Part shown: piece by piece, positions 1 through 12,900 of the stretch
Layout: each line of letters begins with the position of its first letter
Position numbering within the stretch: the first letter of the stretch is position 1
Source of the DNA: Antedon mediterranea
Lineage: Eukaryota; Animalia; Echinodermata
Assembly (NCBI RefSeq): GCF_964355755.1
Contig: NC_092670.1
Coordinates: 36,754,388 to 36,818,387 of the forward strand
Direction: 5' to 3'
DNA: 64,000 nucleotides
Made by a program: the position numbers and the translations under genes
The notes under the pieces: model-generated
What the model was told of the DNA's origin: nothing
Databases searched by the model: none
What the model saw: only the letters and a program-made list of their open reading frames with translations

Positions 1-514
1 GTTTTAAACATTTTCTTAGCTCAGCCCCAACAATAAAGCTGGTCATATTTCGAAGAACAATAAGTACATTTTCCGGGACCTAACATCTCTATTTTTCAAA
101 CATTTCTTAGCTCAGTCACAACCCATGATAGGGACTTATATATTTTTTTTCATGTTTTGAAGTATAATAAGTCCAATTTCCGGGACCTCCAACTCTATTT
201 TTCTAAATTTTCTTTGAACTTTTATTTTTTAAATTGAAAAATATGGATTGAAACAGTCATCGCGCATCGTTTTTTTGCACGCAGTATTTTATTTATGCAT
301 TATAAAAAATGGAAAAAATGGCTACCCTAAATCTGATTAAAAAGACCTCGAATGACGCTAGAATGCGTTGCTTCCGGGGGCTTCGCCCCCTGGACCCCCA
401 CCAGGGGCCCTTGGCGGCCCCTGGCCCTCAGCCTAGTGATGCTCGCTTCGCTCGCATAGCCCCCTCGTCGGGGAATGTAGCCCCCGCGTCGGGAAGATCC
501 TGGCGCCACCCCTG
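1..514. mobile_element. Right part of a non-autonomous DNA element (hAT-like MITE end) with internal short repeats
   Basis: GC-rich island GGGGCTTCGCCCCCTGGACCCCC...GCTCGCTTCGCTCGC...GATCCTGGCGCCACCCCTG in AT-rich DNA, ending CCCCTG (CAGGGG terminus on the minus strand). Recurring TTCTTAGCTCAG and TTCCGGGACCT...CTCTATTTT units in 1-200. The left end is outside the window. Confidence 0.5.
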
Positions 515-789
515 CTGTGAATTAGTAGCATCACGCACATACATATTATGTATATCTCTAAGAATTCTAATTTTTTTAATTTTTTTTAATTTATTTATCT
601 ATTTATTTTTTTGGCGTTATGACTTCAGCAAAATAAGAAGCTCGGAAAACAGTAAATCACTATTCCCTGTTCTGTTAGCTTTTCTTTTTGTAAAGTAATC
701 AACATTTCGCAACCAATCAGTGCTCAATAAATGATTTGTCACACTCAAATAGCTCAGCCGACACGCAATGGAAATGAAAATCAGTGATT

Positions 790-932
790 AAAGCTTGGTT
801 CCCACTAGAATGCAACGCCAGGACGTAACGCAACGCAAAGTGATTTGACCAATCTCAAGCGATGGATTATTCGAACAGTCGCGTGTGATTGGTCAACTCG
901 CTTGCGTTGCGTCTACGTACTTGCGTTGCGTC
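790..932. mobile_element. Palindromic PIF/Harbinger-like MITE, family 1 (AGCTTGGTTCCCACTAG termini)
   Basis: Self-complementary CGCAACGCAAG...GACCAATC...GATTGGTC...CTTGCGTTGCG core. Other copies or fragments at ~4700-4830, 9958-10005, 12200-12343, 15895-16457, 19522-19700, 21404-21550, 22025-22196, 26965-27110. The complete copy at 19522-19700 has TTA on both flanks. Confidence 0.85.
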
Positions 933-1018
933 CTTTAACTCTATGTGACTGAATCTGTCTAGTCAAAACAGACTGAAAGACGTTTTTATTCAAGAAATAA
1001 ATAATTGACCATGCTTAC

Positions 1019-4000
1019 GTTCCACAACTCTAATGTGCATGTTAAACCCTCTGTATTGAATCGAATTATCAGATGAAAAGTGCACCCAAAGTTTATTCGC
1101 TACGGTCATAATGCTTTCGTTTATATGTAAAGCATTTAAAGAAATTGAGGTTTCAGAATCCGAAGAATCTCCAAAACCAATTTCAAGCGTATCTATATAT
1201 GTTTCGATGGCTAGATCGATGACTTCGATTAATATTGTGGTGGATGGAGGTGATGTAAATTGCCAGAGACAATCGGAATTTGCTGCATAGTCATTCGGAT
1301 AATTTGGTGACATCAGCACACGGAAATCGTTTGAAACGAGAGACACAGCCTCATAGCAATCTGAAACCAAATATTGAAACATTGAGCTCTGTCTACATTA
1401 TCAAACCAGTTTGAAAACATATATGGGCATTTTCTTTGTCACATAAAGTTTGATAGTGTAGACAGAGATTTGACGACCTTAGACCATCAGGACGAATGTT
1501 TGTGTCATTGGTCGTTTTGACCTAGAACAGACCTTCCAAGGGGTCTCCCGAAATTTCGAGTCATTTTTCCTGTTCTCCCACTAAAATGCAATCTCCCTAA
1601 TGTTTTGAATATAAAAAATATCTCGATATGCACAAATGTGTAGTTTCAACAACTCTAGATATAGATAAGATATTAATATCGGTTTATAATCACTTCATTC
1701 GTTGTTTAATAATTAAAATAATATGTTGGCACTGCAATTTCTACACATGCCTGACATATTCAATACGCTTTGTAAGTTATATAGCACCCTCTACGGTTTG
1801 ATTACTGTTATAGCGCCCTCTATAGTTAAAATGTCTGCGTAGATAAATTTTAAACTAATAGTTGAGTAGGATATATTAACTATGTGTCTAGGGAAACATT
1901 TTAATTCGAATTTATGTAACTATATATGTATATATTATGTTGTATTTCAAGTAGTAACACATGTTATGCAACTACTGCAACGAACCTGAATTGTGATTGT
2001 CATCAGAGAATCGAAAACTATTTTTGATCTTTGGTCTTGATCCACGTTCAGTTGGTAACCTTGTAAAATTGTTGACGCTTTGTTCTCGCCCAACATTTCC
2101 AGCAATTGTTGGTCCTAAGGAAGAATTTGCTGAACTTCTGGGATCGACTGGTTTGGCCTCATGTTCTACTGTAAATGTAAACACAATGTAAACATTATAC
2201 ATGTTGAAAATACGCCGAATGTAACCTCTGCTTTTATGGATTTTTTTTCGAGAGGTTTTCCAACCTTCATAAGTCCTTGATTGACACCGAAGTGTTTAAT
2301 GTTATATCGTGAATAATGTCGCCGAACTTCCGACAGTAGCATAATAAAATTAAAATAAATTCAGTTTGATAAAAAAAACACACATTAATTGTATTGTGAA
2401 TGGTTTCTAAGTAAAATTAAGTAATGACAATAAAAAGAAGAGAATGAAGCAAAAGAAAATGAAGACGTAAGCGAAAGACAATAAGAAAAATAAAAAAAAA
2501 ATAAAAAAATAATAATTTTTTACTTGAATCGGATTTAATACAAACTGTACTAACTTACCATGAATTACCGGAACTGATTGGTTTAAAAAGAAAACTGAAA
2601 TCAAAAAGAATAAAAATTAGTGTTCTCCTTCAAATAAAGAAACAGAACACATTTTAATTCTCTACATTATGTTTGTTTTGAGTTACATATTGGCATTATT
2701 TTATCTGAAATTAGTCAGTGGATCTTCTATATCTATATATAAATTTACGTAAAGGCAAAATTTGGTAAATCGCACGTTATTTCTAGAATGTTTACTCGAT
2801 GGTATATAAAGTTGGTTCGTACTTTCGGTACTGATTTTAACCACCAGATGTAACCCTGTTTACTAATTAAATTGAGTTCGATAATTAGTTATTGACGATT
2901 AAAACGAATTTAGGTTCAACGATTTGCCCCAAATAGGGGTGTTTTTCGATCGTGGTATACACTGTCTAATGGATGTCCGTCTTGAAAAATACCCGCAGAC
3001 AATAATACGAGGATGCTTCGCATTTTCCTATCTCATCCTACGATAATTGTTTATAATGGCTGAAAACCGGTTGAACAGCTCGAGTACAGTATCATAATGT
3101 TGAAGACAGGCCGATTTTCTTAAAAAAATACTATTTTGATAGATTTAATATACGTTTATGCAAATGTATTGTTTTGAAATGAATGGAACATTCCAATCTC
3201 TGTTCCACAAGTGTCTATTCCCTCAGGCGTCGTAAAGGCAAGTACTGTATACTCATAACAGAAATTCGATCCATTTTTTTTCAATCTGTGCTGCAGAGGT
3301 TGGATATAGATTTTTTTTAACGGATAATGAGCTAGCGTTTTCATTCGCCGTATATTATGTACAAATCTTTATTATTGCAGTTAAACCACCGACGTGACAT
3401 CATCACCCTTCCCTCACTGGCTTGAGTAGCGTTGTAAAGCCAGTAGAGGATAGGCCTTCGGTACATCACATGCCCTAAACGCAGAACAACTTAGGTGGGT
3501 AGGGTTAGGAACCAACTTAAGTATGAATTGGCTCTCAATTGTTATTGAAAACCATTAGGCCTACTAATTAAGTTGAGTTAGATGATTTAATATTTATTGA
3601 CGATTAAATCGAATTTATGGTTTGCCACGAATAGGGGTGGTTTTCACAAATTGTTTTACATTATATAAACATATTATACACGTCGTAGTGATGTATCGTT
3701 ACATGTACTATACTATTTCAATCGACTAGGACGGTGATAGTTTCAACAAAGTATTACATCGCAATGTTTTACTGTGTTTAGTGGTATATTATATGAAAAC
3801 AATTAATATTTCGTTACTACATGGATAAAGAATATATTTAAAAATTGTTCCTCTTTCACCCATCCTCTTTCCCATCCCTCAACCCTAATGTTGCATACAA
3901 AACACAAATTAAGTTTGTTTAAATTTGACTTAAACAATTGGTCTCATTTTGTGACAAGTTTCTCTTTCGGAAGTAATTCCCAGGGTGCTAATTTTAGTTC

Positions 4001-4901
4001 AGTACATAAATCACAGTGTCTATTTATTCGTTCCTGTAAACGACATGTATTATTGTCCTGCGGTACGTGCATTTGAAATCGCCAATTTTTTAACGCTGAA
4101 ATTATTATGTATTCGAGAACCATCTGTGGGCACGACCTAGATGGTACGCGAGCGAAGCGAACGTACCATCTAGTTATTACAATTTATGATTATTTGTTTT
4201 TTATTCTTTAAAAAAGTTAATTTGTTGTTTAATAAAATAAATATTTATCCTAACCTCCAACAGGTAAACTGAATACAATCAAGAACAACAAAGTCGTAAC
4301 TGCGATTATTAGGCAACTCCATCTGTGCTTTTTGATTGGCTTACTATTCACAGAAGTGTATTTAGGGTCTTCATGAAAGGTATCCACGGATGTCGTTTCT
4401 CTATCAATTTCAGAAACATTGGTAACATCAGATGATGTTAATAACATTTCAATAACCTTGTGGATAAAAAATAATATAGTAATTTAATGTATCTTACACA
4501 GCAAGTAAGTAACACCCTAAATATTTGCGTATTTTGATTTAATTTCGAGGGCTAGAATTGCTGAATACACTTAGTACGTGCATTTATCTATCTAATAGCT
4601 CAAATAGAATTTAGCTAAACTACTAATGTATGTATTCATGGTATATGTTTATGAAATATATTCCGTAGGTTCCGACGGACAGTTCATGTAAAACAGTTTA
4701 AGCTTGGTCCAAGACTGACGTAATCGCAATGCAAGTGAGTTGACCGATTTACAAATGACAGTTCGAGGCACAGCACCGCGTCGTGATTATTGGTCAACAT
4801 TACTCGCGGCGCGTCCCAGTAGGAACCAAATTATGCAACTAAATACTTACTTCAATAGAATATCCATGGTTATCTTTTTCAATTGTATCTTCCATTATCA
4901 T
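1019..4901 (-). CDS. Gene A (3'-partial): type II membrane protein with a CUB domain; probable third member of the tandem membrane protease family
   Basis: Phase-compatible exons: 4901-4851 (MIMEDTIEKDNHGYSIE), 4456-4255 (KKHR then TM WSCLIIAVTTLLFLIVFSLPVG), 2168-1986 (stalk), 1360-1019 (CUB: SPNYPNDYAANSDCLW...FSSDNSIQYRGF). Probable 5'UTR exon donor at 5589. The gene continues beyond position 1, so a protease domain is not visible. Confidence 0.8.
1386..1468. mobile_element. PIF/Harbinger-like MITE, family 2 (AGCTCTGTCTACACTATCAAAC termini)
   Basis: TIR AGCTCTGTCTACAC...GTGTAGACAGAG(CT). Copies at ~11417-11454, 14227-14382, 20232-20442, 22636-22690, 26654-26816, 27317-27465, 30149-30270, 33905-34042, 38546-38660, 42893-43012. 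TAA/TTA flanks on the full copies; variable numbers of internal CCAAATATGGTAG(T/C)GATAT units. Confidence 0.85.
2730..2860 (+). repeat. Dispersed repeat with a Helitron-like 5' end (TCTATATATAAA...)
   Basis: Near-identical inverted copy at ~56430-56553 (GGTGGTTAAAATC...TACGTAAATTTATATATAG). The Helitron assignment rests only on the TC-start motif. Confidence 0.55.
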
Positions 4902-6376
4902 CTTTTGCTACAGATATAAAATAAAAAGATATTTTTTAATGAAAAAAACTATTTTCCCACTAGGCAACTGAGTATATGATAATAATAATATCATATTGTA
5001 TCTATGTTTCTAAGCTCATGTAAACAAATTTCATGTATGTAATATTAAGTGTTAATAAATTGAATCTTTAATCTTGAATAACATGTAATAAAACGATACG
5101 AGGAAAGTTTATTGCAATCTCAAATAAAAAATTTAAAATTAAAGTTTAACAAAATTCATTATGAAAATTTAAAAAAAATTGTAGGTAGATAAAAAATATA
5201 TCTCTAATAATAATAATGTATTGTATATCAATGTTTCGGACACGTCACCCTATTGCTTTGTCATTTGATAACCATCCATTCAATTATATCAAAAGAGGAA
5301 GCAACGAAAGAAAGCAAAACATCTTTATCTATGTGTAATATCATGTTAAAACAGAAGCCATGAACGAAAAAATTGAACAGTACAGGTAATACAGCATTAA
5401 TCAATCTCACTTACTCAAGCTAAAATGTTACCGAACTGTTTTTTGTTTTTGTTTTTTTAGACCTATTCATTAGATATAGTCACATTGTTTTTGTCCTTCT
5501 ATTGGGACGTTAATATTCTAAAAACGTATTATTTATTACTTACTTATACTTATTAAGTATTTAAAACCAAACTCAAATATGTTCTTACCTGTGTTTTTAG
5601 TGTATTGAAAACAATATTTCCGTCGGTGTAAATCAGTTTAAAATTCCGTTCAGACAGTAGGATAAAACCACGAAGTCGGGTCGCTTCACGGACGTAAAAT
5701 TATATAGGCCTACAGATACATGTAAGTATCAAAACCTCCACCCAGACAGGCTGACGATATTTTTGGTTACAATTGCGTCCAGTAATAGTAGGCCTACTAA
5801 GAAACCAAGGCCTAGTACACCACAATACTCCAAATCTTTCATCAATATACGGAAGTGTTAACCCATAGTTTGCTACCAGTGAAAACAAATAAAAATCGAA
5901 ATCATCTAACGGTACGAAGTTTACACCTAGGCCCTACAATATTATTGCGACTGTGTCGGATGATTTGTTCGCAGTAACCTAAAACTTGTATTTAGATACA
6001 CCATGAGGAACAGATTTTATCCCGACATCGGCTGCTGTTACAAACGCTTCTTATAATTTTTCTATAATAATAACAATGTCATACACAATTTATTCGTGTC
6101 GTGCTCCCTGATAACTGATACTTCACATTGGTACCCGTTGGTATGTGGCGAGTTTAACGAGCCTCTCTCTCTCCGTTACCGCCCATGAGGACAAAATTGA
6201 TTTTTTTTTGCTACCAAAAAATATTTATTCATTCAACACATTTAATATTTTAATTAGTTATCATTTTAAATTTATTTTGACCATAATATAAAACAATAAT
6301 ATGTTTGTTTTTTTTTCATTTCATATACTATATAAATATTTCTATTACTATAAAAAGCAATTGAATGACGTCACAC

Positions 6377-6906
6377 GCACTGGCTGCCAAATAAATAAAT
6401 CAATAAAATAAAAAAATAACAATTTATTACAGGAATTGTATAATTTATAGTATACTTTATTATTTTTTAGGACCAACGCAGATTATTTAATAATAAATGC
6501 TTATTCTGCTTTAAAAAATATTGTTCCTTAATAATAATAATAATGACACAGTGTTAATAAGGTATGTACAATTTGAAAATTAAAAAATATATCTAAATAT
6601 GAATTTACAATCCATACGCGTTTGCGTCATATTTCACATGCACTGGCTGCCAAATAAATAAATCAATAAAATAAAAAAATAACAATTTATTACAGGAATT
6701 GTATAATTTATAGTATACTTTATTATTTTTTAGGACCAACGCAGATTATTTAATAATAAATGCTTATTCTGCTTTAAAAAATATTGTTCCTTAATAATAA
6801 TAATAATAATAATGACACAGTGTTAATAAGGTATGTACAATTTGAAAATTAAAAAATATATCTAAATATGAATTTACAATCCATACGCGTTTGCGTCATA
6901 TTTCAG
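6377..6906. repeat. Tandem duplication of ~263 bp downstream of the gene B stop (3'UTR region)
   Basis: GCACTGGCTGCCAAATAAATAAATC...GCGTTTGCGTCATATTTCA starts at 6377 and again at 6640. The copies appear to differ only in (AAT)n length. Confidence 0.95.
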
Positions 6907-6956
6907 ATGGATCGAGCATTAAAGAATGTGTTCACAAATAAGGCACTTAAATAGGC

Positions 6957-9900
6957 TCATCTTCCACCTTCCACAATGTTATTAACAAACTTCTTGTATG
7001 GAAAAACTCTAGTGTAAATTCCAGGTCGAAACCTGATGGCACATCCGTAGCCAAAGCTTGTAGCTCCGACTAAATACCACTTATCGTCTGAGCCGAGACA
7101 AACAAGTGGCCCACCACTATCTCCCTTTAAAGGAAAAAAAAAATAAAATTAGTATTGACTACATTATAACATATATATAGGAATGGAAATATTGTACATT
7201 TTTAAATATGATTCATGGCACTCAGATAATAATATTTGTTTTATTTTATTTGTTTTATTATTTTTTTATTTTATTTCATCATCACCATTAACAGGGTTGA
7301 AAGTCATACTCATGTTAGAGAGCGAACGTCAAATGTCACTGAACAAGTGCTCACATTTGCCAGTCGTAATAGGGTAATAGGTAATAGGGTAGAAGAAAAA
7401 GGGTCACTATTGACAGTTATTCACTAATTTGTGGATTGAGGTGCTATATAGTACGTATACACATGTTGCCGTCAGCAGACTTGAGACTCCATGACGTTTA
7501 TTGCCGCTAAATTCGATATCGTATGAAAATTCACAAAGCCCAGAACGTTTTTTACGGTTAATTTAACTAGTTGTTAGTGGGCTCCTATCACAAGCCCCTT
7601 GGGCTTTCCGGGAGGTTCCATTCATCTTTTTAAAATGTGTTTTACTCCTTTTTAGTTATGTGTTGTGTTTGTTTATGAAATGAATATAGAGAAATTGATG
7701 ATGAAGACAAAATAAAACTTACCTGACAAGTGTCCACTCCACCCTCTAGTTCTCCAGCACATATTTGATTATCTGTAATTATAGCATGTGTTCTTTGAAA
7801 TTCCCGACATTTTGTGTTGCTATAGACCGTTACAGGAGCCTCGTGCATTACATCGGTTGTACGATTCACGATGTCTTGGTGTAAATGTAAAAAAAACAAA
7901 CATGAATAGGTATACACTTACAACTTTGCTTAACTTATTTTTCCTAGTTTAGTAACATTTAAAAAAGCAATGTATAATATGTAAAACGTTATGATTTTCT
8001 AAGTATAGTTGATTTGACGGACTCTTTATATTGTGTAAAATATTATACCTACTTTGTGCACCATATCCGGTAACATAGCATAAATCGTTGCTAGAAAACT
8101 GATTATAACTGTTTGAAATACATGCTGGACGAATGTATTTCGTAAATGGTATTGGCCTAGCTAGTTTCATCAGCATGAAATCATGGTCGTCTACATTGCT
8201 CACGTCTGTAGACTCTGGGTGAAGAAAAATCAATGACACTGGTACGACGACGTGATTTGCAGAAAACTTTTGATTGGTGTTGCTTCCAAACATAATACTC
8301 AAATCCTGAACACCGTTGAAGGTGTGCGGAGACGGATGGTCGATTTGTCTAAAGAAACAGAGCACCAGGAATTAGAATAGCAGACAAAAAGTGTTATTTA
8401 ATTGTCAGTAATGTGCGGAGTAGGCCTAAATTAATATGCACGGAAAGATTTTTCTGAGTTGCCTTTGAACGTATAGTCTCCAGATCAGTATTCGGGAAAT
8501 TTACAATATACTCTACGATTCTTCCAGTAAATCGGGGGAATTGATTAGATCACGACTAAAGTAGGCTATACTATTCTTCTAAATTTAACCTAGCTAACTT
8601 GGCTTCAAAATGTATGTATGAATCCGAAATACAGTATAACACATAGACAAGGTATTTCTATTACTATAGGTCCATGTAAATCTGGTAATTGTACATAAGT
8701 TGATGTTGCTGTACTTGCGAATGTTTTATAAAAATAGGAGCTAAAGGCTAGGACAATAACAATCGACGACAAATAGACAAATGTGCATTTTTCATACATA
8801 AAACAAAAGAAATATAAAAACTTTCATTCTAGAACTATAGAATAACCATCTATGCTTTCTTTGATGCAAACGACATTTTCACACGTCCAATCAAATGACG
8901 TTATGATTAGCAAGAGTAATAATATCGTGAAAATACAAAGATGTTTTTATTTATCATGACGTCATTTGATTGGAATTTTTAAAATATTATTTTTATCAAA
9001 GACAGCATAAATGATTATCCTATAGTTCTAGAACAGAACATTTCTAGTTTCTGAAATGTAAACAAAATGCATGCTTATATATTTATCGTCGATCGTTATC
9101 GTCTTAGTGTAAATGGGCCGTTAAGTCTTATAGACCTAACTTACAGATACGAAATGCAATGTGAAGCTGATATTGCCCACTGGTCGTTAATTAGGGTGCA
9201 ACCGCAATCTCCTTCACCATTTTTCATAATCAGACCTTGCCAGGGCCAGCTACCAGGAAGAGGCTCAGAACCACCGATTACACGTTTGGCACGTTGCGGC
9301 TTTTCTGGGTGAAGAGGTCTGCCACATGGAATAGCTTTAAAAAGAAAAGATCAAGGTTGCTGAAAACAATCTTTGAAGAGTAGCCATTATTGGAATAGTA
9401 TTCATACAAAACAAATTCACTTTAGGAATTTATAGGTTTTAGGTCTACAGTATTATTATTATATACCATTATTACTAAATGTTCAAACAGGCAATGGGAG
9501 CCATTTGTCTTTGTGTTGTTATAATATCACGGTTGTAAGTTTATATCTACCATGGAGTAGCTTTGCGTCAGAAAGTTAAGACATTGGTCAGAGGTTTGCC
9601 CCACTGACGTAATTTTTACTTGATACAAAGTACATATTGAGAACATTATAGGTAGGTATAGCCTGGCGTTCATAGTTATTGTAGGCTACTTATTTGAACT
9701 TGAAAGAAGATAACAGTATATTGCTTGGATGCCTACCTACCTACAGAAGATACCTACTGTATGGAAATAGAATTACAATACTACATTTAAGTCTCAAATG
9801 CTTTTGAATTACCTTTTGAATCATAGCAACCCATCTCGTCACTGAGGTCAGAACAGTCAAACTCATCATCACATATGTCCTCTTCAGTAACATGTGGTGA

Positions 9901-12900
9901 ACTTTGACATCTCAAATTAGCTAAAAGTATAAAACATTAAAATTTATTTTATCTTCAAGTTTGGTTCCAACTAAAACGCAATGCACAACAGTACGTGATT
10001 TTACCAATTTGGTAAGTATACTTATCAGCAATCAAACCGGAAACCGGAGGCCTTCTTTTGGATTAATTTTCTAGTCTAGCATTTTCTTCTATAGTAAATT
10101 AAATCGGATGCTTGGGCCTACTGAATGTTATATAAACAACAAGAATAATTTACCTGTATTTCTGATACCTTTAAGCATTAGCGTAAACTGAGTCGATCCT
10201 TTGCTGTATGAGGTATGTCGGATCCAGAAAGTCAACTCAGGTACAATGACGTCATTAGGAAGAGTTCTTTTAAAATCTGCAGCAAGACCTCTATACACTA
10301 TACTAGATGAATCCGTGGCATCAACACCATGGCCAATAGACAGAAAATTTAATTTATTTTGTTCAGACCAGAAAGAAAGAAATTGTACCGCCACCGCCGA
10401 ATGTGTTGTAGACGCGGCTATCCATAAGGTGGTGATGACATCTTCTGAGCTACCGTCGTAATTTCTGTTTTCAGAAGAGTTGAATGATATTGTTGCAACG
10501 TCTTCAACGAGTGTAACGATTCTAGCATCTGCAAGAAATTAAACATTGTTTTTTAGAGACAGAACAATCACAGTTTTTAACGAAATCATAACGTACGTCA
10601 ACCCGTATTTTCTTGATGAAGAAGAGTGGAATGAAACGGTTGATGCCACGCAACAGACTTCTTACCACAATTTGTCATATCTTACAAACATTAATTATAC
10701 GAACACTTATCTATTATTTCCCTTATCTGGTGATTTCAAAATATTATTTACATTACATTGTAACAAAACGAATTTATGTCCTAAACGTTTCATTTCTATC
10801 AGTCCACAACTTACCATCATCTTTTTTTTCCACTGTAGAAACAGTAAGGCCTGATATATTATAATCACCCATTCCATTTAATTTCAACCAGACCTTATCA
10901 GTGTAAAAAGTTGCCGTATTAGGAATATCGTCCTGATGATCATCAAACAACAATACATGATACTTCGATGGATCTGATCCTAGACCAACCGCTAAGTTGT
11001 TCAATTTGAGAGACATGGTATTTTTCAGTGACGTTAGATTGATATAGTATCCATGCGGAGATGTAAAAACTAAACTACCATGTTCAAGCCATGAAGTAAT
11101 TGAGTTTTTATTGTCTGCAGTTTGTATTACGAATGACTCATTTTGTTTAAGCTCAACTACCTTTTTATCTGTGAAGAAAAAATGGCCTACTGTTAGAATT
11201 CCTATTTCAATAACGCAGGCCTTTTTTTTTGGAGTAGATATTTCCCGGGTACTGTTTTGCATGATGCTCTATGTAAAACAGTTATTTGATTTACATATAC
11301 TAATAATAATTTGTTTTACTGGTACGTGATTTCGTTATCAGTTTTCTAAGTATAATACTTATACATGATAATGGCAACAATATGGTATTATATTAATACG
11401 GCAGTAGGCTATTTTAAGCTTTGTCAAACCAGTTAGATAGTGTAGACAGAGCTTAAGGTATGGTCACTTCAAACGAACGTAATCATGCCTTCACTGTGAA
11501 AAAGTATGCCTTCACTGTGAAAAAGTATGTCATCATGTGAACGTATCTAAAGAGCGAAGTAGTGCAATCAACTATTACCTGAAAAACAACTCATTTGAAC
11601 TGCAAAGCTTGAATTCTGTAAGTTTTGTACAAACCATATCCAAGCCGTGTTATCGGGGAAGTCGATTTCAGTTAAAATCTGAGGAACGTTTGGTAATTCA
11701 CTGGAGCTGTTCAACGGATTTGTGCCAGCACCCATTTTAAAGTTGCATCCTTCAATTACACCGGATAAACTTATGAATTGTAGCCTTAATCGTGTTCGCG
11801 ACGGCCCTGTGAACGTGTATATGCAGTCATCCGACAGGATTTCAACAGGGAGAGAATACACAATCTCTACTTTGTTTTCATGAACTAACGTCACACTGTA
11901 GCCGCAGTTGGTTCCTGAAAAACAATATTATGTTAGGAACTTGCTACCCAACAAATTAACCAACTCATAACTCGTTTTAGCAGAATTTTGTCGGGTATAA
12001 TTTGTATTTGAGTGTCAAAATAAATCGTTCATTGGCGCCATTGGAAGATCATACAGAATACATATTTTTAAGAAGTAAAGGAGTGAATTGGGTAGAATCA
12101 ATCTCATCAACTTACAATATTGTAAAGTTTAAATTACTTGCTAAATATTAATCAAATTAATGAAAAGCACAAGGTTGCCAAGTGTACGGTACGTCGTTGG
12201 TGTTCGCAAGGACGTAAGCGCAATGAAAGTGATTTGACCAATCATAAGCGATCGATTATTCGAACGGTCGCTTGTGATTGGTCAACTCTCTTGCGTTGAG
12301 TGTACGTTCTTGTGTTGCGTGTCTAATGGGAACCACCAAGCTTTAGCAATTTTACATGATTATCGAGGATGGCATAGGCCTACTTACGGCACATAGTTTC
12401 ATCTTTTTTCCATAAACAGTCCTCCTTACCATCGCATATATCTTCTTCGCGTATACCTTTGAAGTGATATCGACAAGATAGAGCATCTAAACAATGAAGC
12501 AAACTCACTCATTAGTTATTTTTATAGTTTTTTTGCAAACGATACTTGTTTGGGGGTGGGAGGGGCGGAGAAGAAGATAAAATAAGGACTACAGACACAA
12601 AAAAAATGAGAAACAAGAAAACAAGGACAGAAATAAAAAAGATAGAAAAGTGAAACATTATAAAAGAATAGCAAGGAAAAGAACAGAGAAAAATGTAATA
12701 GATTATATCAAACGTTATATATTCTAAACGGTTCCTTAACTATAAACTCACCTTCTTTCTTGATTGCTGATACTTCTGCCACGAATCCACTGCTAATTCC
12801 ACCACTTCCTCTGTCAAAGACCACAGTTGCCATATTTTTTAACGTAACAATCGTTTGGTCTGTCAGGATGTTTGAAGGAACGCCCTTGAAGTAGAATTGT

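Noticed and set aside
309-698. 129-aa ORF
   Set aside because: It runs through a GC-rich MITE end into T-rich intron; no domain or splice support, and it is antisense within gene A.
10546-10864. Plus-strand ORFs overlapping gene B exons (also 9067, 10201, 13451, 22892, 25539)
   Set aside because: Antisense shadows of minus-strand exons, with no independent coding signal.
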